Of a DNA stretch of 64,000 nucleotides, positions 32,982 to 47,379 are shown one piece after another. Below the pieces are notes generated by a model. It made no database searches. It had not been told where the DNA came from and was given only the letters and a program-made list of their open reading frames with translations. Within the stretch, counting starts at the first letter, position 1. Every line of letters begins with the position of its first letter. The translations under genes were made by a program, and so were the position numbers. This DNA comes from Cladosporium halotolerans (lineage: Eukaryota), in NCBI RefSeq assembly GCF_011745625.1, contig NW_027191459.1, positions 186,001 through 250,000 of the forward strand. The letters run 5' to 3'.

Positions 32982-33808
32982 TGAGCTTGGTTCAAGGATT
33001 ATGGTGAGAGGTACTGGGATTCGGGGGAGCAATATCGTGTGCTGTTGAGCAAGAGCAGGAGCAGGAAGATGTATGAAATGCTATGAAATGAAAGATGACT
33101 CCATCCCCAACCCAGCGTCTCAGCATCATGATATAGTCTCCCCACCTACCTTCAGCTCCCAGGATACCAAACGTGGATGCATTCGCGAAGGAGCGCGATC
33201 CAGCGGCGTGATAGGCGCGCAACGTGAGCGACAAGGATGGCACGGCGAACGCCGGACCCAGGAGCGCAACCAGAGCTCGTTTCGGCCAAGGCTGAGCTTA
33301 AATTTGCTTGACTGCTCCGCCAGGAATCCCTCGCGCGATTCGAACCTCAGCTGCGCCTCGTGCGCAGCAGCTGAGGGTCGAGCATTGAGCGCTATATGCG
33401 CCATTGATGAGTAGCTGTATTAACACGAGGGCGATTGAGTCATATACTGACTAGCGAAAGGATGTTGTTACTGTCGATGTTCAACAGTCTACGGCGGGCT
33501 GAGCAAGTGAGAGAACACGGTTACCACAGAAGACGGTGGGACTGGATCAAGAATCATTCATTTCATTTTGAGCTGTCCGAATGGGAGCCTATGTTCACTT
33601 GGACAGCAAAAGCTTATAGTGGGTATCTCTGGCATGGGGGTATCTTCAAGGCCGGTATTTGCACGGTTTTGTCCAAGTTCCAAGTGTCAAGTGTTCTGTT
33701 AAACCAAACCGTGTTCGCGTTCGTGTTCGTTGACGAACACACGCAAGAAAGGAAAGAAAGCGAGCTGTGAAGCTGCGAAGTGGTCTGAGACCTGACCGAT
33801 GCGATCTA

Positions 33809-35556
33809 CTACTCGATCACAGAAGGCATCAGTGCAGGCTGGGGAGTCTTGGTGCGACCACGAGAGGCTGGACGCCCGGTCGGATCGAGACTGCCGGCAC
33901 GAGACGGCGGCTGCAGAGAACCAGCGCGCGAGGCGGGCTTCGCGACTTCCGGGCTGAGATTCTGAGCGAACTGGGTGACAGCGTCGACTCCGGTCTTCAA
34001 CGCAGCCGTGACGCTCTCAGTGACCTCCTGGAGAACAGGAGGAGCAGCGCTCGGCTGGCGAGATCCTGCGCGAGAAGGCTGGCGGCTGCCGGTGCGTGAC
34101 TTCGGTTTGGCAGTTGGGTTGGATTCGGTCTGCGCCATGGCGGGCAGCTCAGCGCTGGGCGCAGACACTCCAACAACACCATCAATCGCCTCTGCATCGG
34201 TGGCTTCGATGCTGTTTGAGGGTTTCTCGGTTTTGGACTCCTCAACAGAAGCACCAGCGACAGCTTGGTCAGCCGCGTCATCGTGGCCACCGTTGACTGC
34301 AGAGGCACCTTCATCTTCGTAGCCTTCGATGAGGTTGTTGACAATGAAGTCCCACTCCTTCTCCGAGACCCTAGTGACGCTGAGCCTAGACTGCTTGACG
34401 ACCTGCATGTCCTTGAGAACGCCATTTCCGTTGGCAAACTTCTGCAGCTCCTTCAGAGTTACTGGCTCGCTGAGCTTCTTGCGGAACACGACATGGACAA
34501 GGCTCCATTGATTTTCCTTGCCACGCTTGGCTGGCTCGACGTAGCCGATAGAGTCCTCGTCTTCGACGGTGAAGTCCGGCTCGTGCTCCTTGACAATTTC
34601 GATGATGCCGGTGATGCCAGGCTGCAGCTTGCCCTTGCCCTGAGAAGCGTAGAAGAACGCGAGGTCACCCTTCTTCATGGCGCGCATGTTGTTGCGGGCA
34701 ACCATATTACGGACGCCCTCCCATGGCTCGGCCACGCTTGCCGTTTTCAGGTCGTCGATGGTAAACTTCGTGTTGAACTCCCTGCCAGACTTGAGGGTTT
34801 CCATGCGGTCGATTTGCTCAGCCTTCATAAGCCAGTAGTTCTTTCCCTCGGAAAGATCGGCTGTCTTCTCGGCCTCGTCAACAAGCTCTTCCTCGAGCTG
34901 TTCGGCGGCGTTGTCGGCATCAGCGGCGATCTTCGTAGTCTCGCCTCCAGTCGGACCACTGTGACGCTTGCGCGGGGCAGGAGTATCGAGCGCATCGGGC
35001 GCCTCCTCTGGCTGAGGTCCAACTCTCGACGGACGACCGTTGTGCTTGGCCGGCTCTTGCACCGCGGGTGCAGCCTTCTTGGCCGGGCGACCACGCTTCT
35101 TCGGCGACTCCGGCTCTGCGGCCGGGGCGGCTTTGGCAGGCCTTCCGGGCTTCTTCTTGGTTGCGCTCGCGGAATCGGCTTTGGCGGGTCTGCCACGCTT
35201 CTTTGGCGGCTCCTTGACCTCCTCATCTTCATCATGGTCTTCCTCCTCAGTGATATCGGTTATAGCCGGGCGACCGCGCTTCTTGGAGGCCGGACCTGGA
35301 GTGATGGTTTCTGGAGCAAGTTAGCAGTGAGCTTGAATAGTATGTACTTGAACGCGTGATGCATGGAGGACGCACTCTTCGACGGAGCCTTCTCGGTAGC
35401 AGCTGATGTTGTGGCCTTCCCTGCACTGCGACGAGGGCGCGCCGCCGCAGCGGTGGCTTCGATTTCCTTGCCGCGATTGGTAACAATCGGCGCGTGCGGC
35501 CCGGCCGCCACGGTCGCCTTGGAGGCAGAGGCTGCCTTGAACTTCTTTGGCGGCAT
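33809..35556 (-). CDS. AT-hook plus EVE (THYN1-like) domain protein
   Basis: ATG 35556 (MPPKKFK). Intron 35375-35311. Repeated KKRGRPA/KKPGRPAK AT-hooks. EVE domain YWLMKAE..FTIDDL..PWEGVRNMVARNNMRAMKKGDLAFFYAS..RLSVTRVSEKEWDFI. Confidence 0.88.
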
Positions 35557-36352
35557 GATGGTGCCGGAACGCCGTAGCTTTGCAAGACGTGTGTTGTTGT
35601 GGAGCGGACTTTTGTGTGATGTCGCAAGTTGACAGTCGCGTCGCGAGAGCGGAGCTGCAGCAGTCGCGAAGCTCAAGTTGGCGACGAGCCGCGGCACATG
35701 ACGTTGAAAGTTGAGATCAACAAGGGCAAGCTTGACGCTCATTACAGAATTGACAGGGGAAGGGTGTTCACTTCAGTGATCCCTGACCTCTTCTTTACAG
35801 ACATCATTGGAGTTTCAAGGCGTCCCTGCAATATTTGCATCATTTGAAGGGTTTGATTGAAGCTCGTTTCATGCGAGACGTGCATCGTTTGAAGCCATGC
35901 CTGGCCTTGAGCACTGGCATTCCCGTTCGCTATATCCTGCGATCAACGAATATAGGGATTGCTAGGGAAGAAAATTCCATTCCGTCGTCTGGGTTCATCC
36001 ACAAGTGAAGACAGGTGATGTGAAGAGTAAAGCAGACCGGTGCCAGCCACCAGAACGAGCCCACGTTGCTCCTGCATGGGAGGCTTTCCGGCAGCTCCGC
36101 CTGACACAAAACTGCGCCACGACCCGACTCTCACTCTCTCGTAACGACAACCAATACCATCCCCCGCGGGGAAGCACGTCTACAGCTTGTCAAAGATTGT
36201 GAACTCCTGCAGCACCTTAAAGAGACCTCAAGAAAATCCATCAAGACCTTTGTCTCATCTGTCACTCATTGCCCACATTGTTGCTTATGATACCCAGCTG
36301 AATTGAAATACAAGGTGCTATTTAGAAGCAGTCGCATGGTAGCTATATCGCT

Positions 36353-37948
36353 ATGGACGCTGCGCTCGAAAACCACGCCCAAGCAGTCGCTTGTCATCAA
36401 GCTTATCTGAATTCACTACAACGCCCGACCCTAGATGAAGCTCGTCGAATATCAGACATCCAACTCCAAAAGGAAGCTGAGATCGACTCGAAATACCATA
36501 CACACAGCGCCCAGGAACACGATGCGGCTACCAAAATCCAAGCCGCATACCGCGGTCACCGACAACGACGAGAGCAGCTCGGGCTTGTCTTGGATCCTTC
36601 GTCAAGGTGGATGGACCTCATCGCCGAAATGCGATATCGAAGTGTCGTTGCACCTCACCGCGATCGAGCTTCGAGTGACGTGAACAAACACAAGCGCGCG
36701 GCGTCGTCTTCTGACATCGCGAAAATGCACTGGCGGAGAGCTGGCTGGATTGCCGAGCACGCTGGACGAGGCGAGAATGCCACCAGATCTGGAAGAACGC
36801 CTTCAGATGTCAGCTCTGGAAGCTCCACTCCTGCTGATGCAAATCATACCGAACCGAGCTCAATGCTCATGGACCTTCGGTATTTCTTGGAGATGGTGGA
36901 CGAGAAGCATCGGTATGGCGCCAACCTCCAGGTCTATCATGAGTATTGGCAACGGCAAAACACTACCGAGAATTTCTTCCACTGGCTCGACCACGGCCCG
37001 GGAAGACACTTGGATTTGCCACTTTGCAGCCGTGAAAAGCTCGACCGAGAAAAAATCCGCTACCTCAGCCGCGAGGAGCGTAAGGACTATCTCGTCCAAA
37101 TAGACGACCAAGGCCGCCTGCGGTGGGACAAGAACGGAGAGCTCATCACAACCAGCGTCGACGAGTACAAAGACTCCAACCACGGCATCGTCCCAAAGAG
37201 CTCACCAGACCCACTCTCACCCGCAGCAGCAGACACCGTATCCCCCGACGCTCGACACGCCCTCGCCCACGACCTCGCAGCCTTCAGCCATCTCAGCCTC
37301 GACTCCCAAGAAAGCTCCTCCTCCACGAGCAGCAGCAGCAGCAGCTCCCCAGAATCCTCCCACCCAACCTCTCCATCCCCGGACCCCAAGAAAAAGCCCC
37401 ACCGCTCCCTCCGCATCTCCCCCGCCGCCCTCCTGAACCACCTCCTCCGCTCCTCCGTCAAACCCGGCACCTGGATCTACGTGACGGACACGCTCAACCG
37501 GCTGTACGTCGGCATCAAGAACAGCGGCGCCTTCCAGCACGCCTCCTTCCTGTCCGGCGCGCGCATCCGCAGCGCCGGCGCCATCGGCATCCAGGACGGA
37601 AGGCTCACCTACCTCTCGCCGCTGAGCGGGCACTACCGGCCCACGACGAGGAGCTTCCGCGCGTTCGTCGACGGCCTCGAGGAGAGCGGGGTCGATCTGG
37701 CGGCGCTGAGGGTGTCGGGCGCGTATAAGGTGCTGAAGGGGATGGAGTTGTATGGGAGGACGAAGAGGGGGTTGAGGAAGGCTGGGGGGAAGGGGGAGAA
37801 GAGGGGTGAGAAGGGTAAGGGGAGTTTGGGGAAGGAGGAGAGGGTTGCGCTGGAGGCGTTGCATGAGACGGAGGGCATTTCGGCGACGGAGCTGGTGGAG
37901 AGGCATTGGGAGGAGCATCATGGGCGGAGGGGGAAGGGGAAGGGGTGA
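36353..37948 (+). CDS. IQ calmodulin-binding motif protein (IQM-like)
   Basis: IQ motif AATKIQAAYRGHRQRRE. IQM-type blocks YFLEMVDEKHRYGANL, NFFHWLDHG, WIYVTD..LYVGIK..GAFQHASFLSG, PLSGHYRP. Intronless. Confidence 0.88.
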   Translation: MDAALENHAQAVACHQAYLNSLQRPTLDEARRISDIQLQKEAEIDSKYHTHSAQEHDAATKIQAAYRGHRQRREQLGLVLDPSSRWMDLIAEMRYRSVVAPHRDRASSDVNKHKRAASSSDIAKMHWRRAGWIAEHAGRGENATRSGRTPSDVSSGSSTPADANHTEPSSMLMDLRYFLEMVDEKHRYGANLQVYHEYWQRQNTTENFFHWLDHGPGRHLDLPLCSREKLDREKIRYLSREERKDYLVQIDDQGRLRWDKNGELITTSVDEYKDSNHGIVPKSSPDPLSPAAADTVSPDARHALAHDLAAFSHLSLDSQESSSSTSSSSSSSPESSHPTSPSPDPKKKPHRSLRISPAALLNHLLRSSVKPGTWIYVTDTLNRLYVGIKNSGAFQHASFLSGARIRSAGAIGIQDGRLTYLSPLSGHYRPTTRSFRAFVDGLEESGVDLAALRVSGAYKVLKGMELYGRTKRGLRKAGGKGEKRGEKGKGSLGKEERVALEALHETEGISATELVERHWEEHHGRRGKGKG

Positions 37949-39021
37949 TGCACTGAGATTGTGAACGATGCTGAGGTTTGGGGATTGACGATTGATGAAC
38001 GATCATGATCATGTCTTTCAAGCAAACGGTATTAAAGAATGAATCCGTGACATCGCAACGGCGAACCGGGATTTTTTTCGAAGCATTTCAATCCATACCA
38101 GGCATTATTGCTATCTATTTGGCCATGCTCAGGTATTGCTTTTTCCGGGGGTCGTCGGCGAGCAGCGAGACCGGGATATGGCCGGATGGGCAAACATCCC
38201 CCTCGCAGCTCGCCAGCAACCACGGACACTGGCACCTTGATGCTTTTTTGACCTGCGGTTGCTGACGTCCAGTCAGCCTCGGCCATACTAGGTAGCTTGT
38301 GAGCCAACACAACCAGCCTGCTCCGGCGGCTAATGAAATTATCGGCCGTAGTTTCTTTTGAGCGTGAACGACGGCCGCGGGTATCCTTGCCGCATTGGGT
38401 ATGCTATCACCGGCACTCAGCAGCCCTTCGGAACATGTGGGCACGGTAAACAAGCGTAACGTGTGCGTGCCCTCGCCTTACGTATCAGCCCGCACCGCCC
38501 GGCCGAGCCTCGTTTGCGGGTGGGTGAGAAGACGTCGGTTATGGAAGGGCAAAGAAACAGAGCCGATCTTTGGAGCGGGAAGTCGGCATCATGCATCTGG
38601 TATTAGAGTTGTCGCAATGGCGGTGCTAGAGGGTTTTGGGAAGAACCGCAGCGACTTTCCGATTGCAGACGCCGGCGCGGTCGCAGACCCTGAGATGTGG
38701 CCGGCTCGGCAGGGCGCGCGTGGGCGAGTGAGGGGCTGGAGGGGCAGCTCGACGCAGCGAGGAAGTGGGGAGACCCCACCGTCCCTGCGGAGAGAGGTTG
38801 CCCTGCTGCCCTGGAGCCCTTCGGGCCAGCGAGACCATGGTGGATGTCCTGCGTCTCGGCCCTCAGTTCACCACCGGTAATGTGCCGCTCGTGATTCGCC
38901 ATCGCCGCTGCTGAGCACGTCGGCCATAACGCCTCTCTTCGCTCCGGAAACGTCCATCTTCTTTCCTTCTCTCTCCACCCAAACCATCATTACCCCATTG
39001 ACTTGACCACACATCGACACC

Positions 39022-41629
<2,608 letters not shown>

Positions 41630-41891
41630 ACACCGCCGGTGGTCATGGACGTGGGCGGGTGCACCTTACTAGAACGGAAAAACTCAATTGAAAAGCTGGA
41701 ACTCTCAGCTTATGCAGGTCTCGAGGCGTTTTTAAAGTCTAGCTAGTTCCTTGAACGAAGAATGATTCACGATCGCTCCAATTCCAATCCCGTACATCAG
41801 CAAACAGGAATGTCAAGAATTATAAACCACACAACAAAAGCACAGACCATCCTCCTCACCCACGGAAGCTGGCCAAAAATCGCTTCCGGCG

Positions 41892-41995
41892 GCCCCCATA
41901 GTTTAACGGTTAGAACAGAGGTCTCATATCGCCGAATATGACTTCAACTAAGTTGTGGCAATCCTCAGATGTGAGTTCGATTCTCACTGGAGGCA
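41892..41995 (+). tRNA. tRNA-Met(CAT), elongator type, with a 32-nt intron (41929-41960)
   Basis: Acceptor GCCCCCA/TGGAGGC+A; D arm GTTT..GAAC; anticodon arm GAGGT-CTCATA^A-TCCTC (CAT at 41925-41927); T arm GTGAG-TTCGATT-CTCAC. The intron lies at 37/38 and contains ATATGA, complementary to the anticodon. G1-C72 and T54 argue against an initiator tRNA. Confidence 0.93.
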
Positions 41996-42002
41996 GGATT
42001 TC

Positions 42003-42019
42003 TTTTTCCCTTTTTTTTT
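42003..42019 (+). terminator. RNA polymerase III terminator (T-runs) of tRNA-Met
   Basis: TTTTT and T9 runs starting 8 nt after the tRNA 3' end. Confidence 0.75.
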
Positions 42020-42365
42020 CGTGCTTGCCGAAAAGGCTCAGACCTCCTCGCTGTTCGGATTTTTCAGTTATCAGGGCCATTGAATTCGTCTGGTCCAGCG
42101 CCGAAATTCTGTGTCAACTTGGGCGCGATGGAGGCATGGCCTTTCGCTCGCCTGAGTCTTGTCAACCTCGAATCATTATATGTCACCGAGCTACGGGGTT
42201 TCGCGGGACAGAGCTTTGATATGGAGTTGCGAATTAAGGTCTTCGAATCTATTTTTGTTGCTGCGTACTGTAATACAAGTCTCGTGTTGCTTACTCTAAA
42301 ACGAGCAGACTCTGCGCGTTCCGTATATATCTTTCTTACGTCTGAACGATATCCAATGTACAGCC

Positions 42366-43853
42366 TCACGCCGGTCGCTCGGCCTCCATCTCCCTGACAC
42401 GAGCCTCTTCGGCCGCATTCGGCGCAGCATCTTCCTTCCCCTGCTCGACCTCCCCCAAAACCGCCAACCGCCTCCTCGTCTCCTCCGCCTCCCTCTCCTC
42501 CCCCACCTCCCTCTTCTTCCTCTCCTCTTCGTCCACCCTCTCCCTCTCCGCCCTCTCCATCCCCTCCAACTCGTCCTCCACCTCCCCCTCGTCCACGCCC
42601 TCCGTGCCAACCTCGCCCACAACCCTCCCAACCTCCTCCACGTCCGCCATCTCCTCCCGCAACCCCTCCATAACATCCTGCACCCTCTCCACGCCCCCCG
42701 TCTGCGCGTTCAGGCTGCGCAGCGTGCGTGCCGACGCCTCCATGACCCGCACCAGCTCCACCTGGTCCGCGGCCTGCTCGATGCGGCCGTAGACGTCTTC
42801 GAGCTGCGCGAGCGTCGCGGCGCGCTGCTGGAGTTTGGCGTCGGCGAGCTTCTTTGCGCGCAGCGCGTTGCGGGCCGCGGGGAGGTTTTTGGCCGCCACG
42901 GCGGCTTTGGCGGCGGCGTCGAGGTCGGCGAGGCGGGTTGTGAGGTGGGTTACTTGCGGCGTGAGGGTGGAGATTAGGGTGCGGATGGAGGCGATGTTCG
43001 CGTCCTCTGGGGTTATGGGGGTGGGAGTGGGGGAGGCGGGGGAGGTGAATTTTAGAGTGGAGGTTTCGGGGGAGTAGGCAATTGCGGCGCGGTCGCGCGA
43101 GAGGTGGGTTAGGAGGACGGAGAGGTCGTTGGGGCTGAGGGTTTCGGTGCCGAGGGCGGGGGCGAAGGTTGAGGCGAAGAGGTCGCGGGAGAAGATGCGG
43201 GAGGTGTTGGAGGTGGCTGTGCGGGAGGCTTCGTCTAGGACGGCTTTGGCAGCGGCCTGGGTGGTTTGTTAGCTGGGCTTGCATAGGCCTGGTTGTGAAT
43301 GCTGTGTCCGTACCTCTACGTTCGCCATGACGACGAAGCTCCCTGCTACCAGTCTGTCCTCTGCTGATTCGCCTCCTACTACGCCCAGCTGCTTCAGTCC
43401 CCAGCGCACAGCCTGCCATGGGGTGGGTATCCAACTCTTCGCATATATGCTCTTCTGTGCATTCAAAAATTCAGCCAGCGGCACCAACTCTTTCCTGTCC
43501 ACGGCATCCTGGACCACGGCTCCAAGTGCCAATGGTCGACCAAACTCTTGCGTTTGTAAAGCTCTAGACAACTCTTCGCCTGTCCTCATCACGAAGCGAT
43601 CGCTCTGTGCGCCGTTTTGCGCCGGCACGACACCTGCATTTGAGGCAGCTGACAGGGCGCGTAGCCATACTGATGCGTTGGCCTGATACCCATCGGGGTT
43701 TGTATGGCGTTGCGATCTGAAGTCCGAATAGAGAGAAGCTAGCCGGGTGCGACTGGGAAGAGGTCAGACGAGTGGATGGAAGAAGGGCAGCGGTGGGCTT
43801 CACCTACGGAATGCCTCCTCGTGCGAGCGAAGGAAGTCAAGGAGGTCGGGCAT
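42366..43853 (-). CDS. CHM7: CHMP7/Cmp7-like ESCRT-II/III hybrid (Snf7 family) protein
   Basis: MPDLLDFLRSHEEAFRSRTRLASLYSDF..NPDGYQAN..W, GRPLALGAVV. C-terminal Snf7 helices (ALRAKKLA..QLEDVYGRIEQAADQVELVRVMEAS..DEGEVEDELE). Introns 43803-43753 and 43313-43257. Confidence 0.85.
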
Positions 43854-44276
43854 TGCTGTCGACTAGGGAAGACCGGCTCCGCATCGGTGTGTGGGTGGTG
43901 GAGGAGGAGGAGGAGGAGCAGGAAGCCAGGACGTAACCCCGTCGACTTCGTGAATTCAAGCGCGCAACACCACCACTGGGCGTGAGTGAGGTCATGCCCT
44001 CGACGGGAACGGGCGGCGGCGAGGCGGCTCGAGACCCTTGCGCCCTGGCCGCTGCGTGCTGGTTGACGCTTGACTGTTGCTGCCCTGTCAGCCCCACTTT
44101 CAAACGTCGTAGTCCCAAACATCCCACCTCCTCCTTGCGACCTTCCCAATTTCCCCACCGCCCGCCACTCTTCACGTCCGCCTTGCTGCCACCTGGGCCC
44201 GAACTTTATATCCGGGAAGGACCGACAGCTACTTCACTTACTTTTGTCTTGGCTATAGCCCGCTCTGCCTGCCGAC

Positions 44277-45158
44277 ATGTCTAACGAGGCTGGCCTTGGT
44301 CACGATGACCTGACGCCGGAACAAACCGAGGGTTTCAAGGTCGGCGAGAAGAAGACCATTGACGAGTACCAGAAGCTAGGTGAGTTAGGACAGAGGCATT
44401 TCGTACACATGAAAGTCCTAGGATTAGCAGCAACACATTCTTCATCCCGGGCATAGCACATGCAAGCATCCAAACTCACACCGCCACTCATTCCACCCTC
44501 CTCACCACCGCCACACAATCGCTCACCAACCCCCTAAAACAGACCAGAACGACGAGTCCCTGCGCAAGTGGAAAGAGTCCCTCGGCCTGGGCAGCGGCAA
44601 CACGATCTCAGACCCCAATGACCCGCGCAAAGTCATCCTGCTGTCGCTGGGCCTGGAAGTCGAGGGCCGGCCGGACATCGTGATCGACCTGACGCAGGCC
44701 GGCGCGCTGGAGACGCTGAACAAGAAGCCCTTCACGATCAAGGAGGGCGCGACGTTCCGCATGAAGGCCCGCTTCCGCGTCCAGCACGACATCCTCAGCG
44801 GCATGAAGTACGTGCAGGTCGTGTCGCGTATGGGCGTCAAGCAGAAGATGCAGGAGATGATTGTGAGTTTTGAAGTGGGCTTTTCCTAACTTCGAAGGCT
44901 ACTGACATATGGAACTAGGGCTCCTACTCTCCCAACACCACTGACAAGCCCGAATACGAGAAAAAGTGTAAGTGCCCCTAATTCCACCACCCCTCTCAGA
45001 CCAGAACCACTAACCTTTCCCCCCTAGTCGAGCCCGAATCCGCCCCTACCGGCATGATCGGCCGCGGCCACTACGAAGCCGTGTCCAAGTTCACCGACGA
45101 CGACAACAACTCCTACCTGCAGTTCAAGTGGTCCTTCGACATCAAGAAGGACTGGTAA
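44277..45158 (+). CDS. RDI1: Rho GDP-dissociation inhibitor
   Basis: GFKVGEKKTIDEYQKLDQNDESLRKWKESLGL, PFTIKEG, GMKYVQVV, GSYSPNT, APTGMIGRGHY, FKWSFDIKKDW*. Introns 44380-44542, 44863-44918 and 44968-45027. Confidence 0.96.
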
Positions 45159-45516
45159 GCGTCGGTCTAGCACGGTAAAGGCTCACATGCATTCGGAGCT
45201 TAGCCTGTGTCGAGTGAGAGGGAAAAGCCGGCGCAGATCTATTTTGGTTTGACATCAGCGTGCATTGCGCGAACCGCGGGACGGAAAGCGAAGCGAAGCG
45301 AGGAGAAGCTAGTAGGAGCGAATAGACGAGGTCATGAAATTCGAGCGTGAAATTTGGTCTTGTGACATGAGATGAGATGAGGTGAGGTGAGGTGAGAGTG
45401 TGGTTTTGGTTTAAGGCACAATTGCCGGTAAATAAGTCATCATCACTTCCTCTCCGCCGTCGCTAGAACGCTGGATCATGGTGTGAGTTCAGGGCCATTC
45501 AGACGCCCGCTGATTA

Positions 45517-47001
45517 TTAGTCGTCCATTTCTTGCCCCTTCCTATGCTTCAGGCCGTGGATATCACTGTGAAATAACTTGTCAGCAAACAGGCCCCCCCA
45601 CAAAAAGTCAAAGAGTCACCCAAAAAACTTACTCAAACCTCCTAACCAACGTCCCCTCCCCACCCCTCTCCAAGTCAACACTATACACCAGAAACCCGCC
45701 CTCGCTCGTCGCGACCATCACGCTCGGCGCCGCGTTGCCCATCGCCACGACGCTCTTCACCGGCTGCCCGCCCGCGCCGCGCGGCACGCGCACCCACGCG
45801 AAGTCGCGCTGCGGCTCCCACATCTCCGTCACGGACGAGGGCAGGTAGCCCGCGGCGCGCGAGACGAGCGACGTGCTGACGTTCTGCGACGTGCGGCGCA
45901 CGAAGGACATGAGGTTGGGCTGCGAGCGGGGTTTGGGTTGCCGGTGCTCGAGGGAAGAGTCGAGGTGCGGCGTGCTTTCGCTTTGATCTTCGGAGGTGGA
46001 GGGGCTGACGCTGCGGTCGCGGGGCCAGGGGTTGGGCGAGGGGTCGTTGGGAGATGTGGGTGGGGAGAGGGAGGAGGAGCCGTTGTTGTTTGGGTTGTGT
46101 TGGGGCGCGGAGAGCTTGAAGACGTGGACGGTTTCGGTGGCGGAGGAGACGCAGAGGAGGGTGGACGCGGCGTTGAAGCTCATGCTGTAGATGCGCGCGG
46201 GCATGCTGCCGCGGCGGAACTGGAAGAGCTTCTTGCCGTCTGGTATGGAGAAGATGCGGATCACAGTGCCCTTTTCCGACGAGGTCGCCATGAGCGTGCC
46301 GTCGTTGTTGATTGCTATGCAGGACACGGGGGCCTGGTGGGCGGGTATCACGGTGACTTCCTCCATTTTGTTCAAGTCGTACAAAAGTACGTCGCCGCTG
46401 ATTGTTTCCTTGACAATCGATTTCGGGACGTGCGATGGCTGTGACTGAGGGTTTGGAGGCGTCTTTTGGTGGTGAGGGAGGGCGAGGTAGTTGTTTTCCG
46501 AGTTCGGACTGATCGCGCAGATGCCGGCGGGGTTGATGGGCGTCAGCTGGGAGTGCAGCATTTTCATATTGCTGATGTCGTATATGAAGACCGTCTCTTC
46601 CAGGATCACCACGAGGCGCTTGCGGTTCATCTTGACGGCGACGACCATGCCGTGGAACGTGAGCTCACATATTGTCGAGTGTCTCTGCAAACCCATGAGT
46701 ATCCGTCTATACAGTGCAACCTGCATCTTTCAAGGTCGTACCTTCGTATTGACTATTCGGAGCAAGCGAGGTGTGAGGATCAAGGCGACGAGAGAGGTGG
46801 AGAACAACTGCTCGACTAGCGAGATGTCTTCTTCGTACGTTTGATTCGAGAGCTCGAATGGATCGGTGTTGTATATGCGCAGGCCACGTGTGGTCGCTGG
46901 GTCACGTTAGCGAGTTACAGGTATACAGGGTTGTACCATCACCTACCGACGGCAAGCAAGCTGTGGTCCTGGTTGAAGGCGACATAGTTGAGGCCAGCCA
47001 T
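45517..47001 (-). CDS. ATG18: Autophagy-related protein 18 (PROPPIN WD40 propeller)
   Basis: [38 protein letters not shown], phosphoinositide-binding [23 protein letters not shown]. Introns 46946-46897, 46741-46685 and 45632-45566. Confidence 0.95.
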
Positions 47002-47379
47002 GTCGACGCTGACCAGCTGGCTTCAGTCGCGTCGACGTGTTGTGTTGTATGATGTTGGCAGGTGAGGAGGTAGCATCACAGTGCTTTGGTGACAGCAGCT
47101 CGAGTTTGTAGCGGTTTGTCTCAAAGCATCGGTGTCCAAGCGCGCGGTGGTTGGAGATATGCGCTCGGCTGACAACTGAGATCATCCCGATCCCGAGTCC
47201 CCGCAAAAGCACAGATCACGAGCTTAAATTTCTGGACGAATATCACATGCCACAGGGTCGAGTCAGTGAGGTAACTCAACTTTGAAAGTCGATTTGCTCC
47301 AGCGAGCACGAAAATGTTCGAAAGTGATTCGATTCATGCGTTCCAGCGCACAAAGCCGCGGCGGTCGAAGCAACCCAAA

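Noticed and set aside
42064..43434. 456-aa R/G/P-rich minus-strand ORF
   Set aside because: It is an off-frame reading of the CHMP7-like gene across a C/G skew block.
45286..45396. (AAGCG)3 and (ATGAG)3(GTGAG)3 microsatellites between RDI1 and ATG18
   Set aside because: Ordinary short 3'-UTR simple repeats.
42366..47001. CHM7-RDI1-ATG18 as a functional membrane-trafficking cluster
   Set aside because: Adjacent housekeeping genes with no shared motif that I can see; proximity alone is not evidence of a system.
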